Assembly (NCBI GenBank): GCA_973895155.1
Contig: OZ316897.1
Coordinates: 7,182,470-7,246,469 of the forward strand
Reading direction: 5' to 3'
Source of the DNA: Marsupella aquatica
Lineage: Eukaryota > Plantae > Marchantiophyta
DNA: 64,000 nucleotides
A model generated the notes under the pieces. The model saw only the letters and a list, made by a program, of their open reading frames with translations. It did no database searches and was not told the origin of the DNA. Each line of letters begins with the position of its first letter. Position 1 is the stretch's first letter. A program made the translations under genes and the position numbers. This document shows positions 12,101-24,500 of the stretch, piece by piece.

Positions 12101-13713
12101 GAGAAGCATTAGGAGTCATTTATTCTTGTAAAAAGTTTAGGCATTATTTACTAGGGTACAAGGTAATCTTTCATACTGATCATGAAAGTTTGAAGTACCT
12201 AGTCAATAAGCCGGACCTTACAGGCAGAGTAGCAAGATGGATTTTGCTATTATAGGAGTTTGACTATGAGCTGAGGATCAAGCCAGGAAAGTTACATGCC
12301 AATGCCGACTTCTTTTCAAGGATCACAGGTAAACCTGCCACGGATTGCATCGATGATCGATTCCCCGACGAGGAGCTATTCGTTGTGGAAATAGCTGGTA
12401 CATGGTACCCTGAGATTTTACAATTTCTCAGCACTTCCAGATTACAGCCAGGATTAAGCCGAGAGCAAGCCGTAGTCTTTGTGCGGAAGGTCAGACAGTA
12501 TCAGTGCATTAAAGGCATACTGCACAAGCATGGAATCAACGGCACGATTCAAAGGTGTTTGGAGAAGAGAGAGGTAAAACGAGTCCTACGGGCCATGCAT
12601 GGAGAGGAGGCCGGAGGACATTTTGCCCCAGTAACCACGTCTAAGAAGATATTAAATGCCGGTTACTGGTGGCCCACCTTGCACAAAGATGTCTATCAGT
12701 TTATCAAACAATGCGATCCTTGTCAACGAGCGGGAGGACCAAGGGTGTCCACCAGGCATCCACTGCACCCTATTCTACCTCTGGCACCATTCGAGAAGTG
12801 GGGTATTGATTACATTGGACCTCTGAAACCACTGACCCACCCTCGACGGAACAAGTACATAATCCTGGCTACGGATTATGCAACTAAATGGGTAGAGGCC
12901 AGACCAACAACGAAGGATGATGCAATTACTACGGCTAGATTCATGTATGAGCAGATCTTCACCAGGTATGGAGCACCCCTAGAATTAGTTAGTGATAGAG
13001 GAACCCATTTTTTGAATGATATAATTAGTCGTTTAAATGAGCAGTATTTAGTTAAACATAGGCCTACTACTCCCTACCATCCAAAGGCAAACGGGTTGAC
13101 AGAACGAGCAAACGGAATCATAGGAAAGATATTGAACAAGACAGTAGCTCAGAACAAATTCGATTGGGATGATAAATTGTTTGCTGCTGTTTTTGCTTAC
13201 AATCTGGCCTATAAATCCACTACCGGTCATACACCCTTCTTCTTAACCTTTGGACAAGAAGCCCTGGTACCCATGCAACTTGAGATACCGACATTTCAAG
13301 TTACAATTGAGGAAAGAGCCTCAGCGGAGGAGAGCCTAAAGGAGCGAGAATATAGGTTAGAAGCTTTAGAGGAAGCGAGAATGATTTCAGCCGAGAGAGT
13401 AGAATATAGACAGAATATCATGAAGCAGCAGTATGATAAAAGGTTAAAAGTAGTTAGTATTCATACCGGTGATCTTGTGCTACTTTATGACAGTAGGTAT
13501 AGTAGGTTTCCAGGAAAGCTTTACACTCGCTGGTTAGGACCCTTTAGAGTAACCATGATGTTCCCCAATGGCTCCGTGCAATTGGCCAACATTACGGGAG
13601 AGGTATATCCAGTTCGCATCCATTATGACCGCCTCAAGAAATACTATATGGACGAAGATGAAGTTGTTCGCGAGGACGCTTCACAATTAAGTGGGGAGCT
13701 ATGTGATGCCTAG
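9110..13713 (+). pseudogene. Gypsy gag(NC)-pol polyprotein
   Basis: CYNCGQPGHFAREC and CMGCRQEGHMLGQC knuckles; protease IDGGS; RT DYRKLNEAT, MPFGLCNAP, FIDDF; RNase H DVSG..NYSTTERE; integrase H..H..C..C, GIDYIGP, SDRG, GPF. Frame change between PR and RT (~10580-10700); a single TAG at 12253-12255 (LLL*EFDY). Confidence 0.95.
13689..13701 (+). promoter_or_regulatory. Polypurine tract (AAGTGGGGAGCTA)
   Basis: Purine-rich tract immediately 5' of the LTR-initial TGTGATGC. Confidence 0.75.
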
Positions 13714-14074
13714 ACAGGAATCACTCGGCCGGTTAAGTGGGTAAAGCAGGAAGGCACCCTAGGAACACCTTAGTATAGTGACAAAACAAGGAAAATATAA
13801 ACAATTAGGGGCAACCATGGAACCCGGGCAGAGGCCGGAGGTAAGGCTGAGGGTGAAAACCCGATTAGGGTTAGGGCGCGTTAAGCGTCGGCGGCTAGGA
13901 AGGATCAACGGGAAGAAGGACCGGCAGAGGAGAGGGGTAAGGAGCGCTTGCAGGAGATGGTGGCTCATTTGCGAGCACGAACTAGGCAGACGACTACGGG
14001 AGGCCAACTACTGTCAGCTGCTTAGGCAAGCACTCGGGGAGAGAGTAGATACCGACGATCAACCTAAGGAGGGT

Positions 14075-17000
14075 ATGAGCAACGTCAATCAAGCGGCACA
14101 TTTCTGGGGATGCCTGTTCGAACGGGCAACTGAGTACATCAAGACTTACGAGGACGAGGAGTCAGAAAGGGCAGCTCGAGAACGGCAGGAGCTCGCTCGA
14201 TTGTGGGAGCTGCAGAAGACGGCTTTCTTAGGAGGCGAACTCATCAAGGACGAGTTCCTGTGGACGCCTACTTCCAATCAACTCGACGATCTTCTGTTTT
14301 GCAAAGACAGCGTCGTCGGCATCCGGGAGGCCATCAAGAACTGCAACGACATACACTGGGAATTAAAGGGTAGCACGGAAAGGTGGACCCAGGCAACGGT
14401 GCTAGGAGAAACCTCCACGGCAGCAGAGATGAAGAGGAAGGGAGCCGTCAACGATGAAGCCACCCCGGCAAAAAGAACGAGGTCGGCGGCACCAAAGAAG
14501 CCAGCCGAGCAGCAGAGCAGGAGGCAGGGAGAAGCCGAAGAGGAGGAGGTCGATCCCATCAAGGCCATTCCAACCAGGGATGACACCTGGAAGGGCTGGG
14601 CGGCAACCCTACCGGTGGAGGTGCAACTACATTTTGCACGGGAGGAGGATGCATGCTTTACGGCCATGCAGACCAAGAAGTACCAAGGCTTCATGGCCGG
14701 ATCCGGCTTGGAGGCCTTTGTAAGATTACCATGGCTGAAGCCGGAGGTACCGGAGTCAGACCTATTAGAATTCGTGGGGTCATGGGAACCCGAGACCAAT
14801 TGCACGAGGATATATGGGAAGGATTTCTATCTTACTCCCAAGGTGATTGCCGAAGTGTTTGGCTTGCCGATGGGCAATAAGACCAAAGTTGATACCAGGA
14901 AGACCTTGCCTGACAAGGAGTTCCGGTCGTTCCCCGGGCCATCAACGAAGAATGGCTTCTTCCGGAACACCTGCACCAACCCGCACATAGGAGAGATGAT
15001 CGACTTCTTGCGGGTGACCATGCATTGTAACTTGCCGAGGGCAGAGATCGGCAAGGCACAGGTCTATCTGGCAGAAAGGCCAGACCCAAGCCGGGACTAC
15101 AACGGGTACCTCCTCAACCAATTGAAGAAGATCTTAAAGGAGGAGCAGCAGGTAATTGGCATGGGGAGCGTGTCGCGGCTTGGCTATCACATGCCGCTGT
15201 TGTGCCGGTATGCCAGAGGTCAGACTTTTGCCCCGGTACTTCCCCTGCAGGTAAGGGCACCCGAGGAAGCTCCAACGCCGAGGCCGTTGGCTGAGAAGCC
15301 TCAACCACCTGCTAGTCCTACGATCGAGCAGGTGTTTAGGCCCAGGAAGGAAGACTTGCCGATGCAGCAACCAGGCATGCAGAGTCTGCTGAAACTACTG
15401 GAGAAAGAAAAGAAATCGGCATCGGCAACAACAACGGCAACGGCAACAATGCAGGACACTACTACAGAGGTAGGCCTACATCGGCTCACAAGAGAAAACC
15501 CCTTTGCTGGAGACAAGGAGAGAATCAGGCCGGAATCCAAGCCAGGTGTTCGAATGTACGTGGGAACCTCAAGCTCCGAATCTGAGGCAGAATTGCCTGA
15601 AGCTCCTACCGAGGAAGAGGAGAGGGAGAAGCCGGAAATCCAAGAGGTAGAGGAGGCAGTGGAGGACTGCAGCCATGATAATTCCGGCTATGGGTCGGAC
15701 CATCACGTTCCAGGAGTAAGGACCTGTGGCCGGTTTGTCCCCACACTTCCAAGGGTAGTGCGAGGGGACCCCAACCAGCAGAGTAGCCCTGAGTCTCCCC
15801 CACCAGATGTTGCTCCCCCGAGCTTCGACGGCATAAAACAGACGGTGCAGGAATTTCAGGAGCGAATCAAGCAGGAGGAAGAGGCCGCCCTGGCTAAGGA
15901 AAAGGATTTACCAGGAGGAGATTGGCGGGAGGACATCAGGCGGCTAGCCGAAAAAGGAAGCAAACCTCTAGCCACGATTGAAGAGATCCGCAGGACGGCT
16001 TGGGAGCAGAGGCCACGATGGGCGATGCCGATCACTTCTACTTACTCCACCTACGCTAAGAATAGAGCCATGGAGTATGGTGAGATGTGTGGGGAACTTG
16101 CGCTCGGCATCTTTGGAGAGGAGTTGGAGGTAGGACCCTTTTTCCATAGGGAGCAGTTGGAGAAGCACCAATTAGAAGAAGCGGTGGCTTTAGAGAGAAG
16201 CAAGAAGGACGAGGTCATTCGGCGGCTTAGGAGGATGGGAGCCGAGATTGAAGATCTAAGGGCGGCCAAGAAAGCCCAAGATGAACTGCGGATTAAACGA
16301 CATGAGCTGAACATCATGCAGGGGCAGTTGGACGCCGCGCAGGCTGATAATCAGAATATCAAGGATAAACTGACTCAGACGCAGGAAGAGTTGGCCGACA
16401 CGATCAAAGAAAGGGAAAAGTGGATGCAAGAGCTGAAGAATACAGAGGAGGCCCACATAACAGCCAACAGCCGGGCCATGGCGGAGACCCAAAGAAAGGA
16501 ATGGGCGTTGAAAGGGGAGCTCGAGAAAATCCGCGGAGCCCTTGAGCAGAAGGAGGTCGAGTTAGGGAAATCCTATCAAGGGATTATGGCGCTGCAGCAG
16601 GAGCTTGCGTCCCTGACGGCCAGCTTCAAGGCCGACCTAAGGGAGAAGGACGAGATGCTCGAACAGACTTACGCCAAGATGAACCAGATGGAGTCTGTCA
16701 TCATTGCAGAGCTCGACAAGGAGCTAAGAGCAACCCAGGAGGAGAAGGCTACCTTGAAGAAGGAATTGGAGGAAGCCCACAGGGAGCAGGAGGAGGCCAA
16801 AAACGAGCTGGAGGGGGCACGTAAGGACCTGGATGAAACCCAAGAGGAGTTGGAGGAAATCACGAGGAAGATGGAGAACCTACAGCGGCGGGCCGACAAC
16901 CAAACAGAGCGGCTGAAGAAACAAGCCGCAGTATTTAAATGCTTAGCTGCAGCAGGTCCATCTCCTGTTGGGACAAACCAGTTACCAGGGGTGGTAATTG

Positions 17001-17500
17001 CCGAAGGACAAGCCGCGCCACCTGCACCAGTGCCGGAGGTAAGTGGGAAGGGGAAGGGACCAGCTGCCGAGCCACCAACGAAGAAGAAGCGGAAACCTTC
17101 AGGGTCAAGGAGTAATACGACTTCACAGGCCGTGGTGATCAAGGAGGTAGACCCAGCACCGACCCCAGACAGGGTCACGGCTAAGGATCCAACTACCCTA
17201 GGGGAAGGGGAGGCCGAAGCCGTGGGGTTGGCTGAAGCCGAAGCCGTGGGGGTGGCTGAAGCCGAAGCCGTGGGGGTGGCTGAAGCCGAAGCCGTGGGGG
17301 TGGCTGAAGCCGAAGCCGTGGGGGTGGCTGAAGCCGAAGCCGTGGGAGTTGTCGAGGCTGAAGCCGAAGGTGGACCCAGTCAGGCCGATGGAGAGTTGAC
17401 TCGGTCAAGGGCAGGTAATCTGTCAGTAGGCGGGCCAACGGCAGTGGCTGAGGAGGAAGTGTTGGGGGCGTCCATTGAGGATCCACCACCGGTGTCGTGA
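14075..17500 (+). CDS. LTR-encoded ORF-A (~1141 aa): N-terminal plant-mobile-domain-like region, acidic linker, long coiled coil
   Basis: Uninterrupted frame (track 13778-17500). ATG 14075 (MSNVNQAAHFWGC) chosen because the homolog at 40495 starts MTTVNQAAKFWGC. LLEFVGSWEPETNCTRIYGKDFYLTPKVIAEVFGLP resembles the PMD signature; domain call tentative. Confidence 0.85.
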   Translation: MSNVNQAAHFWGCLFERATEYIKTYEDEESERAARERQELARLWELQKTAFLGGELIKDEFLWTPTSNQLDDLLFCKDSVVGIREAIKNCNDIHWELKGSTERWTQATVLGETSTAAEMKRKGAVNDEATPAKRTRSAAPKKPAEQQSRRQGEAEEEEVDPIKAIPTRDDTWKGWAATLPVEVQLHFAREEDACFTAMQTKKYQGFMAGSGLEAFVRLPWLKPEVPESDLLEFVGSWEPETNCTRIYGKDFYLTPKVIAEVFGLPMGNKTKVDTRKTLPDKEFRSFPGPSTKNGFFRNTCTNPHIGEMIDFLRVTMHCNLPRAEIGKAQVYLAERPDPSRDYNGYLLNQLKKILKEEQQVIGMGSVSRLGYHMPLLCRYARGQTFAPVLPLQVRAPEEAPTPRPLAEKPQPPASPTIEQVFRPRKEDLPMQQPGMQSLLKLLEKEKKSASATTTATATMQDTTTEVGLHRLTRENPFAGDKERIRPESKPGVRMYVGTSSSESEAELPEAPTEEEEREKPEIQEVEEAVEDCSHDNSGYGSDHHVPGVRTCGRFVPTLPRVVRGDPNQQSSPESPPPDVAPPSFDGIKQTVQEFQERIKQEEEAALAKEKDLPGGDWREDIRRLAEKGSKPLATIEEIRRTAWEQRPRWAMPITSTYSTYAKNRAMEYGEMCGELALGIFGEELEVGPFFHREQLEKHQLEEAVALERSKKDEVIRRLRRMGAEIEDLRAAKKAQDELRIKRHELNIMQGQLDAAQADNQNIKDKLTQTQEELADTIKEREKWMQELKNTEEAHITANSRAMAETQRKEWALKGELEKIRGALEQKEVELGKSYQGIMALQQELASLTASFKADLREKDEMLEQTYAKMNQMESVIIAELDKELRATQEEKATLKKELEEAHREQEEAKNELEGARKDLDETQEELEEITRKMENLQRRADNQTERLKKQAAVFKCLAAAGPSPVGTNQLPGVVIAEGQAAPPAPVPEVSGKGKGPAAEPPTKKKRKPSGSRSNTTSQAVVIKEVDPAPTPDRVTAKDPTTLGEGEAEAVGLAEAEAVGVAEAEAVGVAEAEAVGVAEAEAVGVAEAEAVGVVEAEAEGGPSQADGELTRSRAGNLSVGGPTAVAEEEVLGASIEDPPPVS
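17210..17368 (+). repeat. Coding repeat, 24-bp unit (AEAEAVGV) x ~6
   Basis: Visible array; accounts for the whole 84-bp length difference between the two LTR copies. Confidence 0.95.
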
Positions 17501-18421
17501 CGGTGCAAGGGCGTCGTTCCTTTTAGGGAGGGCGGACGTGGAGGGAGGAGGCGTGAGTGGGCAGGGCGGGCACGGATCTCCACGTTTAGGATTAGGATCA
17601 GAACCAGGAGCGGCCCTGACACTTAGCTTAGTGGGATTGCGGTCCCACTGGTAGGAGCAACACTTGTGCTCCTGCCTTGCTGTACATAGGTAGATTCGGG
17701 CAAGTAGATTACTGTTAAGTAGATTAGGCTTACGATGCAAAGAATGGCGGATCCACTACCAGGATAAGTACCTGGGCAGCGGGGAGCTCAGGGCCTCTTC
17801 TTTAGCAAGTTTTTAGTTTGCACCAGCCGGGCTGGGATCAAGTAGTACGAGAAGCTCTCGGTTAGTCATACAGTGACCCTTGTGTATATTCATGTTTCCT
17901 CATGCCTAAGAGCTGAATAGAGTTGGCCTCACGGCTTAGTTCGCAGAACTTGTGTATGAGATGTACTGTTTGTATGGCAAGTGCATGGTATGACTCAGTC
18001 AGAATGAGTCATTTTGCTATTTGTGTGTCGCATTAACTTGTGTGAAGAGTGCCCACATCAACAGAAGGAAGGAAAGTAAGCAGGGGAGTGAGAGTTGGAT
18101 GTGTCGAGCTGAGAGAGGTCTTAGCGGCTTAACCAAGCCTATTGGGGATCATTCCGGCGGCGGAATCCAAACATACCTAACAAGACGGAGGGGAAGACAG
18201 GGGAAGACAGGGGAAGGCCTATATTAGGCCGGCTACGTATCTCATGACCCGATGAAGGATCTGTCCAGTATATGTGTGTAAAATGTTAATAGTAGTAGTA
18301 GAAGGTTAGCAGCGTCCCATGCCGCTAAGCCGCGGAAACGGCCTCGCCAAGCACGAAACCTGCGGGAATCGGCTTGAGCTGGGGGGTTTCTTGGGTTTAG
18401 GGAGCCATGGGACGCACCACA

Positions 18422-19351
18422 TCTCCTCTGCCTGGGCCCTCACTACAAGGACTTCTAGCTCAGCTTGCCAGTATCTCCTTGCCTGCCAGGCTTGAGCCTG
18501 CAGCTCGGTCTCAATCCAAGCTGGCCATACCTCCACAGGAATATCATTTGGGCACCCTCTTTGCCTGATCACCTCCTCACTGTCCTTGCACTCACCAAGG
18601 TACTTCCTCAGCTTCTCCCTAATGTGATTCCTTCTGTTTGCAAGGGATAGACTGATTTTCTTGTTTAAGAACCTGTCATCAATGAATGAGCCATTGCAAA
18701 AACGTTCCTTCACTAGCTCACAAACTCTGAACTTCTCTTCTTCCTTTTTCTTCCCCCAGTAATCTAACACTTCAAAATGGGATCTAAGTACTTGCCCAAG
18801 ATGACTCTTGAAAAGATTATAGCTCTTGGCCCTCGGAGCTCCTCCCTCATTCAAATAAATTTTGGCCTCTTGCTTCTCTCCTCTGCTCGCAGCTTCTCCT
18901 CCTCGGCTCTTTTCCTATCTGCAGCCCGTGCCTCTCTACGTAAGGCCTTCTCTCTCTGTCGTGGTGAGAGGGCCTCCATAGGTACAATCTCCTTCTCCTC
19001 CCTTCTCTTCCTCTTCTTCTCTTTCTCCCTAGTACGCTGCCTCTCCTCAAATGCTTTCTGAGCTTCAGCAAGAACAGTGCTCCTAGAAGAGTCTAGCAAT
19101 CGTTGTGTCAATGCAGCCACCTTTTGCACATGCTCTATGGAGAGCCCTACCTGCTTATGGAAAATTGCAGCCATGATCTCCCCAAAGTCTTCTGATGGCC
19201 CCGCTCCATCCCCAGTAGCTCCTCCAGCCCCACCTCGTCCGGCTCCTGACCCTCCATCTCCACCATCTCCTTGCCCTCTAGCTGTTCCTTCAAATTCTGT
19301 TCTTGTCCTTGCTCCTGCCCCTCCCCCAGCCCCTCCATCGCTCCCCTCCAT
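18422..19351 (-). pseudogene. TnpA/Ptta-like gene of copy 2, interrupted by the Gypsy LTR
   Basis: EALSPRQREKALRREARAA, NEGGAP, DYWGKKK, QAWQA match 6159-7147; homology stops at the LTR end 18421; frameshift near 18850. Confidence 0.8.
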
Positions 19352-20262
19352 AGCCATTTGCTCTTCGCTGCCGTGCGCCACGCGCTTGTTTTTCACAAAG
19401 ACATGAACTCCCGACTGTTTTCGATGCAAAGCTCGACTCAAGTGCGTTCGCACTTAGGTCAGGTGCCCTAAAAATGCTTCCGACTACTCATCCAATTCTA
19501 TTTACATCGGGAATTCCCATTAAAATTGTATCAGACATTGTATCGGATGAACATCAGACCCCTCCTGCAAAGCACTATCCTAAGGCTCTTCCGATATAGA
19601 GAACATGGTAAATGAAGTTGGTCTTTCTTTGGATGACACTACATTGGTTCTATGTGTTGGCCAGGGGTAGTACGGATAGGGCGGACCATCGGAGCCGTGG
19701 TATCCCTTGTCACATGCATGATTTTGGAGGTGGTTGGTATGTATAAGGGTTGCGGGTTATTTTTAAAGGTTACTCCAAATTTTAAGTTAGGGTGGCATTT
19801 AATTTGGAGTGCCAAATACAATTTGAACTAGCTAACCTTATGCATCTTGCATTTGGAATTTTGCAGTTCCTTTTTGCGGAGGGTTAGGTTATTGCAATTA
19901 TTTTGGGTCCATTTTTGCAATGCATCATGCACAGTGAGAGCCCGCACATCTGAAAGGTATTACCACCTCTACAATGTGAGCTATATTTACTATGAAGAAT
20001 TACCTATAATTACTATGAATTATTGATATTGGTGTACCCCAATTAAGCTCAAGTGTACTTGTGTAGCAATTTCAGATTTGTCTTAGAATATAGTCTTAGG
20101 CCAAGATCCTAGTTGGCACTGCAAAGCGCGGGTCTCATTCAGGTATTATTGATATGAAAACATCTCTATGTTTTTTTTGCCTTCATATTTATTGCATTGG
20201 CCTTACATATTTAATTCCCACAATGGCACATAAAAGGTTATTTTTGTATGGGTGATGGACAG

Positions 20263-21507
20263 ATGTCATCTTTCGAGAGTTCAGAGTCGGATTCTGACTC
20301 AACCTCTTCATCTTCTGAGGGGGACATTCCTCCCCCCCCCTCCGAGGCTTCAATGTCCTCCTCCTCTAGGCCCTAGTCCATGTTGGTGTGTCCGATGTAA
20401 AGGCATGGTGGTTCGTCAAGCCTTGGAAGCCATTGAGCATATTGAGAACTATGGCAGACACGAGGGCAATTTACCGGGATATTCTACTTGCGAGGTATGC
20501 ACAATTAATTGCTCTTGGAGACATTGACATGTACAATTTGCCACATTGCACCCATACATTTATTAATTGTTGGTTTTTTTGTGATTGAATAGGTGCCTCA
20601 TAGGACCCCTCCTCCATTGGTCTCTAATGACTTATGAGTAAATACACTTTTGGCTGGTGCAAGATAGTTGCTTGCATCATCATCAGCTCCCTCTCCATCT
20701 AGCCCCCTGTTCAGCCAGAGAGTGTAGCAGTTCCATCTAGGGTTGGACGCACCCAAGCACGTTCCCAGAGACAACGTCGCCGTTATGAACCCTTGCCAGG
20801 CACTCATGAGACCAAGGAGCAAAGTTGTAGACCATACTCTTAGAGTGCCACCAGGAGAGGACTATGTGGAAGTGGAAGGGAGGTTGGGGTTGTCATATGT
20901 CACCGGGAAGGCATTGACAGTGTTGAAGGATTTCTCGTCTGAGAGATTCAAAATACCCCCTGGCCTAACCACTGATACCCCTATCCACATATGGGGTCAC
21001 CAATGGATAGTGAAGGCGTCTTCCCTTGGCCCTGACATAGGATTTGGGGTGTTTGCCTTGGAGGACATTGTGGTCCCGCCCAAGCCGTGGCCTCGAGGTT
21101 ATGATGGTGAGCACCTATTTCCATACATTGGTCCCGTGTATACTTCAAAAGGTTGGAACATTCTATTGCGCCAACACCCATTGTGGGGTGTCTATGCATT
21201 GCAAATGGATTCTGATCCAGATGAGCTCATACGGAGGCCTTGGCATTCTTGGATGATTGATGGCGACCCTGTTCGCTCCGATAATATAGTTGGGTACATC
21301 AATAGTACTCGTGGTAGAGGGAGAGGACTTAGTCCTAATGTAGAGTGGATTCAGATATTTGGTCCACCTAGACAGCCGTACTATGTAAAACATATGGATG
21401 ATCATGTCATGACTATAGCCATTACAACCATTAGGGTTGGCCAGGAGTTGTTTTGTGACTATGAGTGGGATAGGCCCAAGAAAGCATTGCTTTCTCGCCC
21501 CGTGTAG
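20263..21507 (+). pseudogene. SET-domain isoform of copy 2; exons 20263-20494 and 20593-21507
   Basis: GFGVFALEDI, IVGYINS..PNV, IAITTIRVGQELFCDY; same splice sites as copy 1. One extra base in the exon 1 C-run and several stops in 20635-20730; the SET core is open. Confidence 0.85.
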
Positions 21508-24500
21508 GGCAGATATATATGTATATATACCACCTTTTTGTTTAACATAAAATACATGATACAGGTTTTCAAACTAAATTGGTTAGTTGTGTAAGCCAAT
21601 CTTTGATCAAGGTTTGAAAGTATACTAGTAGAATGTGTAAAGAGAATTGTAATTTTGCGGGGAAACCCAAAAGCCTATACCTTTAAACACTTGTCTCATT
21701 GTGGCCCTTCTAATATAATATGTATGTTTGTGAAATGTTAGAATGCATATGTTCAACCAGATATGGGGGTATTATCACGAGCAATGCGGCAACACCTTGC
21801 TGAGGCCATGGGTGATTGGCGTAGGGCTCAAGCATCAGAGAATGAAGATGTCCCTCTTGAGTATGTGTCTAATGCCACCAAAGATAGACTTGAGGAGGAG
21901 AGGGCCATGGATGATCTTATGCACCAGTTCTATGACATTGAGGATGGTGACCATGATATGGGTGATGCATTTGACACCAATGCACATCCTCATGGTGACA
22001 ATCCTTCACAAGGTTCCCACTCTAGACAATGGGAGGAATCTCGTGACCATGCGCAAACACGGATTTTTGAGGGGTCACAACTATCTCGGCTCTGAGGAAT
22101 AATGTTATTGTTGAACTTGCAGCAAAGACATGGAGCAAGCAATCTCCTTCTTGATGATCTCTTCAGGACCTTGCATAGTCGTATTTTGCCAGAAGGGAAT
22201 TGCTTGCCTAGTTTATGGAAAGCGGCAAAAAAGGTGTTGAAATCCATAGGCCTCAAATACAAAGTCATACATGCTTGTGTGAATGATTGTGTTCTGTTCA
22301 GGGGGGAACACAAAGATGCCACTACATGTCCTACATGTGACCAACTAAGGTATCGAGAGGACATGCTGACTGGAAAAGTAGCACAGAAGGTCATGAGGTA
22401 TTTTCCTCTTATCCCCAGATTATGGCACCAGTACCGATGTGCAGAGTTGGCTGAGTATATGGTGTGGCATTCCAAGAACCGGTCAGATATGAGTTCAGAT
22501 CGGCCAACCATGCGTATGATGGTGGACTCACCTGCAAATAGGTTTGTGGAGGACCGATGGGGTGATTTCAAGATAGACCCACGTCATGTACAACTAGGTT
22601 TGGCATCAGATGGGATCATCCCCTTTGCATTGGCCGGGAATGCCCAACCATACTCAGTTTGGCCAGTAGTCCTTACAAATTACAACATCCCTCCATGGAT
22701 GGCCATGAAGAAAGGTTATTTGCTGCTCTCAATGATTATCCCAGGCCCCAAGCAAGTAAAAAAGATTGATGTTTACTTGCAACCATTTTTGGAGGAGCTT
22801 CAACAACTATGGAGGGGAGTGGATTGCTATGATGGTCGAGTGCTTACGGGTGGTTTACCTCATGAATTTAAATTAAAAGCCATTGTTATGTGGACCATAC
22901 ATGATCTTTCTGGTATGTTAAAATATACCTTCCCCAATATTATGCATGGTTTGTTATGGTAGATAATACACTATACGATAATGTTATATATAAAAGTTTG
23001 CCTGGCTATTGTTTAATGTATTGATTGTGTGTGTTGTAGGGTTTGGATATATCTCTGGGTTGCAGACATCAGGATACCAAGCCTGCCCAACTTGTGGTCC
23101 TGATTTGGAGGGAGTGGCACGCCCTAAGTCTACCACCCTACGGAAGATAGTTTACATTGGTCACACAAAGTATCTCCCCCCAGAGCATGAATGGAGGCGT
23201 GACCCATTCTTATATGACACGGATGATGGCCAACCAGACACACGCCCTCAACCAGTGCCAAGGGATCCACGCTATTGGAAGGAGGTATGGGATAGAGTGA
23301 TAGACCCAGATGATCCCTTACCATTGGCCTGGTGTGGCATGACTCGTTTGTTTGCATTAATGTCAAAGCTCCCATATTGGGCTGAGATGCCAATTAACCA
23401 TTTGTTTGACCCTATGCACATTGAGGGGAACGTTGGGAGGTCATTGATTCGCCATCTATACAGAGAGAAAGACAACAACTAGAGAGAGAGAGTTGTGAGG
23501 AGATGGGGATGCATAGTCCTCATGGTTTTTGGCCATCTATGGATCCCCCTAATGCCCCCCTTACTATTCACCCTCCTTGGGTATTGACTAGAGGCGAGCG
23601 GATTGAGTTCGACAATCGTATAGGGTCAATGAGGTTTCCTACCGGCTACGGGGAAAATCTATGCAAGGCATTTGGGGGACCAGACTGTCCACGTTGGCCA
23701 GCTTTCTTGAAGACCCATGATTACCATTGTCTACTACAACATGTCATTCCAGTGGCCATCATTGGATTGGGTAGTGAGGATCTTCGTGATGCCCTGTGGT
23801 CATTAGGTAAGCTCTTGAGGTGGGTGTGTCAAAAAGAGGTGAATGAGGATTAGATTGCAGCTATGGACCTGTTTGGAGTGGAGGTATTGTGCAAGTTGGA
23901 GAGGGCACTCCCTCCTTCATTCTTTGACGGCCAAGTTCACTTCCTCCTACACCTAGTGCGCGAGGTTGGCATTGCAGGGCCGGTACATTGTCATTGGATG
24001 TACTAGGTAGAGCGGTTTATGGGAGTGATGAAGTCATATGTGTCAAATCATGCGAGAGTGGAAGGTAGCATCACTGAGCATCATCTTGGAGCAGAGAGCA
24101 TGTTTTATTGTACAAACATTGTAGCTACACTTGATCCCAGTGCACCAAGGGGGTGGATAGACGAGGCATCAAGGGAAGCAGACTTTGAAGATGACCATCT
24201 CACAGGGGCAAAGGGAGAACAACTTTTGGGCTCAGCTGAGCGCCTTCAACTCACTACATTTATGTTGTATAACTTGCTTGAGATTGCGGGAGATTGGACA
24301 ACTTTTTATGAAGAGGACAAGGCAAATAGTCATCGGCCACGCATCTTCCCCAAGTTTGTCCCATACATGAGGGCAAAGTTGACCAAGAATGATGCCTTGT
24401 TGGAGCAAGGGGAGAGCGTGTCAGACTTCCCTTTGGTTACAGACAACCTTCGCACCTTGGTTCATGGACCATTACTCACGGTGACAACTCGGACCGCCAT

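Larger units (their letters stand above)
9100..18421 (+). mobile_element. Ty3/Gypsy LTR retrotransposon, non-chromovirus (Athila/OTA-like), 5'-truncated
   Basis: Order zinc knuckles-PR-RT-RH-INT, no chromodomain, PPT, 3' LTR. The 5' LTR, PBS and capsid part of gag are absent. Left boundary approximate. Confidence 0.92.
13702..18421 (+). repeat. 3' LTR, 4720 bp
   Basis: TGTGATGC...GCACCACA (7/8 inverted repeat); starts after the PPT; end-to-end match to the TSD-flanked solo copy at 25220-29855. Confidence 0.95.

Noticed and set aside
13778-17500. ORF-A as an env gene, or as a host myosin/SMC-like gene
   Set aside because: No signal peptide or transmembrane segment, no motor or ATPase motifs; it lies inside the LTR. 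Any coiled-coil similarity would be compositional.
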